24,000 nucleotides of DNA from Candidatus Thorarchaeota archaeon (GTDB lineage: Archaea; Asgardarchaeota; Heimdallarchaeia; Hodarchaeales; Hodarchaeaceae): positions 1-24,000 of the forward strand of contig JBHLRO010000018.1 in the NCBI GenBank assembly GCA_048882505.1, in the 5' to 3' direction. Position numbers and translations under genes: made by a program. The first letter of the stretch is position 1, and the number at the start of each line of letters is the position of its first letter. The notes beneath the pieces were generated by a model. The model was given only the letters and a program-made list of their open reading frames with translations. It made no database searches and was not told where the DNA came from. Positions 21,241-24,000 of the stretch are shown piece after piece.

Positions 21241-22341
21241 ATGTCTCCCTGCATTGTATGTGGATTAAGGACGGTGTTTTTTCAAAGAATGTGCAGACAA
21301 TGCTATTTAGAAAGCCATCCCATTATTTTGGATGCAAAACCCCTTTCAGTGGTGGTTTGTGATCAATGCGGTCTCCTTTTCGCAGGAAAACAATGGTCAA
21401 CGTTTTTCCTAGATGAAATCGAAAGTCCAGAAGTCAAACAATGGTTTTCGTCATTGATTTCGAAACTCTGGCGTTTTCAGTATAAACCAACTTCTTTAGT
21501 GGTCAAAGAAGTAGAAATAGTTATCGATGAAGAGAGTCGTGGTCCTATTGCTGCTAATGGATATGTGGAGATTCAAGCCAGTCCAGATGCTTTTGTACCT
21601 CTTTTAAAAGTATCTGAAGAGCTGAATATTAAATTAGAAGGGGGAGAATGTACTGAATGTCGAGAACGGGCTTCAGGTCAATACGCAGCAAAGATTCAAG
21701 TTCGTACACATCAGAGCCTTAGCCCAGAAGAAATATCTAAGTGGGATGAAGAAATAACTATGTTAAGTCAGAATTACCCGCTAACAGACGGGAAGAATCC
21801 TTTGTTTCGTATTGATGTACTTAAAACTGGAATCGATGCCTTGTTTCAAACCCGATCACCCGCAATGGCAGTTGCCCGAGAATTTGCAAGAAATCGAGGC
21901 GGCATTTTGAGTACTACCACAGAATTTGCAGGTTTTGATAAATCGAGATCTCGGGAATATCCTCGGAAGCATGTTGTGTTGGTGGATTTACCTCCCTACA
22001 AACCTAATGATATCATCATCTATGCCGGGACTCCCGTCCAAATCCTTGGATTTCGAGATTTCAAGGTGGATTACTGGGATTTCAAGCAAAATAGGCGTCA
22101 TAGCAGTCCATTGAAACAGTTTCGAGAAGCAAGAATTCAAATAATTAACCAGGAGTTCACCCGTTTTCAATTGGTGAACTTTGAACATGATCACGAAATA
22201 GCCCAGATTATGAATACTTCCACTTTCGAGATACGTTTTGTTGAAACACGTTTTCTTCCCCACCTTAGCGAGGGGGAAACATTCCTAGGGAAATGGTTTT
22301 CTGATATTCTAGTAGTCAAACGACAAGAGAAAGATAATTAA
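21241..22341 (+). CDS. NMD3-family protein (archaeal homologue of the 60S subunit export adaptor)
   Basis: N-terminal Cys clusters are present: CIVCG...CRQC, CDQCG and CTECRERASGQYAAKIQVR, the NMD3 signature C-x2-C ... y-eA-lQvR. The size of 366 aa fits the family. Confidence 0.85.
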   Translation: MSPCIVCGLRTVFFQRMCRQCYLESHPIILDAKPLSVVVCDQCGLLFAGKQWSTFFLDEIESPEVKQWFSSLISKLWRFQYKPTSLVVKEVEIVIDEESRGPIAANGYVEIQASPDAFVPLLKVSEELNIKLEGGECTECRERASGQYAAKIQVRTHQSLSPEEISKWDEEITMLSQNYPLTDGKNPLFRIDVLKTGIDALFQTRSPAMAVAREFARNRGGILSTTTEFAGFDKSRSREYPRKHVVLVDLPPYKPNDIIIYAGTPVQILGFRDFKVDYWDFKQNRRHSSPLKQFREARIQIINQEFTRFQLVNFEHDHEIAQIMNTSTFEIRFVETRFLPHLSEGETFLGKWFSDILVVKRQEKDN

Positions 22342-22366
22342 GGCAGGTAACCTGGAGGAGCTAATT

Positions 22367-23752
22367 TTGGCTGTACCAAAGGATCCCCCGAGTACAGAAA
22401 CTATTATTCGCATGGCTGCCGCAATTTTAACCCATCTTGATAATAATCAAGTGTCTCTTAGGAATGCCATGAAGATTTTTCCGACCCTAACTTCTCACAA
22501 CAATCCCTCTTTATATGCCCAGGTGAATGCTCTTACATTTGAAACTATACGTTATAGAAATACTCTCAATCGTCTTATCTATAACCATATACAACGTTTT
22601 CTGAGTGAGGCGCTCCCTGATTCTGTGTTAAATTTATTGCGTGTCGTGGTTTATCTGCTTGCGCTTGCTCCAGAGTCCCAAAGTACAGAACAATGGCGGC
22701 TAGGATGTCACGCGGTTTTAAAGACTATCACCTCACACAATCTTCCCGAAATACTGATGGATCTTGATTCGATTTTCACAGATTGGCATCTCTCTGAACT
22801 TCTTTTGACAATCAATGATCCTGAGGAGAGATTAGCCGTTCAATTCGCTCATCCGACTTGGCTGGTTCGTGATTTCACGCAGTACTATGGTCGAGAAACC
22901 ACCGTTCAGATTTTAACCACGAATAACAAGATTCTTCCGACCTATCTAAGATTGAATCTTATGAAGTATACGAAAGATGAGATCATTCAAACATTAAGAG
23001 CTGAAAAAGTCACCTTGGAAGAAGACCCTGATTTTAATGATATTATTCGTGCCGTGAATTGGGAATTACCCCTTCCCCGGCTACCCTCATTTAATAAAGG
23101 GCTATACTACATCCAAAACAAAGGATCTGCTCTTGTTTCCCATATCTTGAATCCTCGACCTGGAGAAACAGTTTTAGACGCATGTGCTGCTCCTGGAGGC
23201 AAGACGACCCACATTGCTGCTTTGCAGCAAGAACAAGGAAAAATAATTGCTTTAGACAATCATGAGAGAAGAATTGCAGAGCTGATACGTAAAATTAAAC
23301 TGTACAAATTGCGTACCATTTATCCCCTCCTCACTGACGTGAGGAAGCTACCCGTTAACGACCTTTTTCATATCCGTTTCGATAAGATTCTCGTTGACGC
23401 CCCGTGTTCTGGAACTGGAACTTTTTCATCCAGACCAGACGCTAAATGGAGGATAAATCGCCATCAAGTGAAATGGTTGAGTAAACTCCAGCTTGGGTTG
23501 TTATCCCAGGCATCCCAACTGCTCAAACCGAATCCAACTTCACGGTTGGTCTATGCCACCTGTAGCCTTCTACCCATGGAAAATGAGGACGTAATCGCGA
23601 AATTTTTGGATGAAAATCCAAATTTTACTCTAAAACCGCAATACCCCTATATTGGAACACCGATATCAGATTTCCCATTAGCACAACGTTTGTTTCCTCA
23701 CAAAACTCAAACTGAAGGCTTTTCAATATTCAAGCTTGGACTTCACAATTGA
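22367..23752 (+). CDS. NOL1/NOP2/Sun-family RNA (cytosine-C5) methyltransferase (RsmB/Nop2-like, with N-terminal NusB-like domain)
   Basis: VLDACAAPGGKTTHIA (SAM motif I), DKILVDAPCSGTGT (motif IV, Cys) and LVYATCSLLPMENE (motif VI, Cys) are present. The start is TTG 22367, with GGAGGAG 7 nt upstream. Confidence 0.9.
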   Translation: MAVPKDPPSTETIIRMAAAILTHLDNNQVSLRNAMKIFPTLTSHNNPSLYAQVNALTFETIRYRNTLNRLIYNHIQRFLSEALPDSVLNLLRVVVYLLALAPESQSTEQWRLGCHAVLKTITSHNLPEILMDLDSIFTDWHLSELLLTINDPEERLAVQFAHPTWLVRDFTQYYGRETTVQILTTNNKILPTYLRLNLMKYTKDEIIQTLRAEKVTLEEDPDFNDIIRAVNWELPLPRLPSFNKGLYYIQNKGSALVSHILNPRPGETVLDACAAPGGKTTHIAALQQEQGKIIALDNHERRIAELIRKIKLYKLRTIYPLLTDVRKLPVNDLFHIRFDKILVDAPCSGTGTFSSRPDAKWRINRHQVKWLSKLQLGLLSQASQLLKPNPTSRLVYATCSLLPMENEDVIAKFLDENPNFTLKPQYPYIGTPISDFPLAQRLFPHKTQTEGFSIFKLGLHN

Positions 23753-23913
23753 GTCAATCTTCTATGCCTTGAAATCCTCCCCGTGAGAAATTTTCACATG
23801 AAAATGCTTCTGCAACGCAATCCTCGATAAAGCTTATGACTTGAAATTAATTTGACAGAAAGGCGAGATAAGTATAAACCTCAAGTTCAACAGGTAGAGA
23901 TTAAAGGATAAAA

Positions 23914-24000
23914 ATGTCTAATCAGTTACTTGCGAATCGGGACTATTTCCTTATGTCCACAGTTTATGACGCAAACTCTAACGGGGCGGGCATTAAACTA
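23914..24000 (+). CDS. 5' end of an unidentified ORF running off the window
   Basis: ATG at 23914, open to the window end (MSNQLLANRDYFLMSTVYDANSNGAGIKL). A TATAAA-like tract lies ~40 nt upstream. The fragment is too short to assign. Confidence 0.25.
   Translation, partial: MSNQLLANRDYFLMSTVYDANSNGAGIKL

Noticed and set aside
1-24000. A search by eye for CRISPR repeats, IS elements or transposases, integrases, long direct or inverted repeats, and rRNA genes.
   Set aside because: None was found. The only structured RNA gene I could support is the intron-containing tRNA-Thr.

Overview
Gene-dense archaeal chromosomal window. All calls are motif and pattern recognition by eye on the supplied translations and the raw DNA; no searches were run.

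Core archaeal informational genes are present: aIF2 alpha and beta, Nop10, S27e, GINS, NMD3, an archaeal/eukaryal-type GlyRS and a NOL1/NOP2/Sun methyltransferase. They are interleaved with eukaryotic-signature genes, which suggests an Asgard-like archaeon. That lineage call is an inference from gene content only.

Layout:
- 1 to 10.1 kb: two tandem Arf-family GTPases, then a ubiquitin toolkit in two divergent operons. The minus-strand operon runs UBC E2 -> JAMM/MPN+ protease -> membrane-anchored unknown. The plus-strand operon runs Zn-ribbon/E2-variant-like unknown -> ubiquitin-like protein ending KGG-stop -> E1-like enzyme.
- The same region also holds a small Zn-ribbon protein with a disordered tail and a 588-aa multi-winged-helix protein with two Cys-rich clusters, the second ZZ-finger-like.
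- It ends with an ESCRT-II-type EAP30 (Vps22/36-like) gene tightly coupled to a YdjI-type SPFH gene.
- 10.2 to 12.8 kb: GNAT, Nop10, aIF2alpha and S27e block, plus a GINS subunit.
- 12.8 to 13.0 kb: a tRNA-Thr(GGU) that forms a cloverleaf only after removing two non-canonical introns (D-loop and T-loop). An ORF track cannot show it.
- 13.1 to 17.6 kb: a FlaK-like GxGD peptidase, a Roadblock (MglB-like) plus MglA-like GTPase pair, a YhbY/CRM protein, a second Roadblock gene and a TPR protein.
- 17.7 to 23.8 kb: GlyRS, a circularly permuted GTPase, aIF2beta, a DUF424-like protein, NMD3 and an m5C methyltransferase.

I saw no CRISPR array, transposase, integrase or long repeat.

The best candidates for undescribed biology are the unannotatable genes embedded in the Ub/ESCRT cluster: the Zn-ribbon E2-variant-like protein, the multi-WH/ZZ-like protein, the membrane protein after the JAMM gene, and the SPFH partner of EAP30. 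The peptidase plus mglBA-like module is a second candidate.

Many ORF-track starts are GTG/TTG, so several 5' ends are uncertain.
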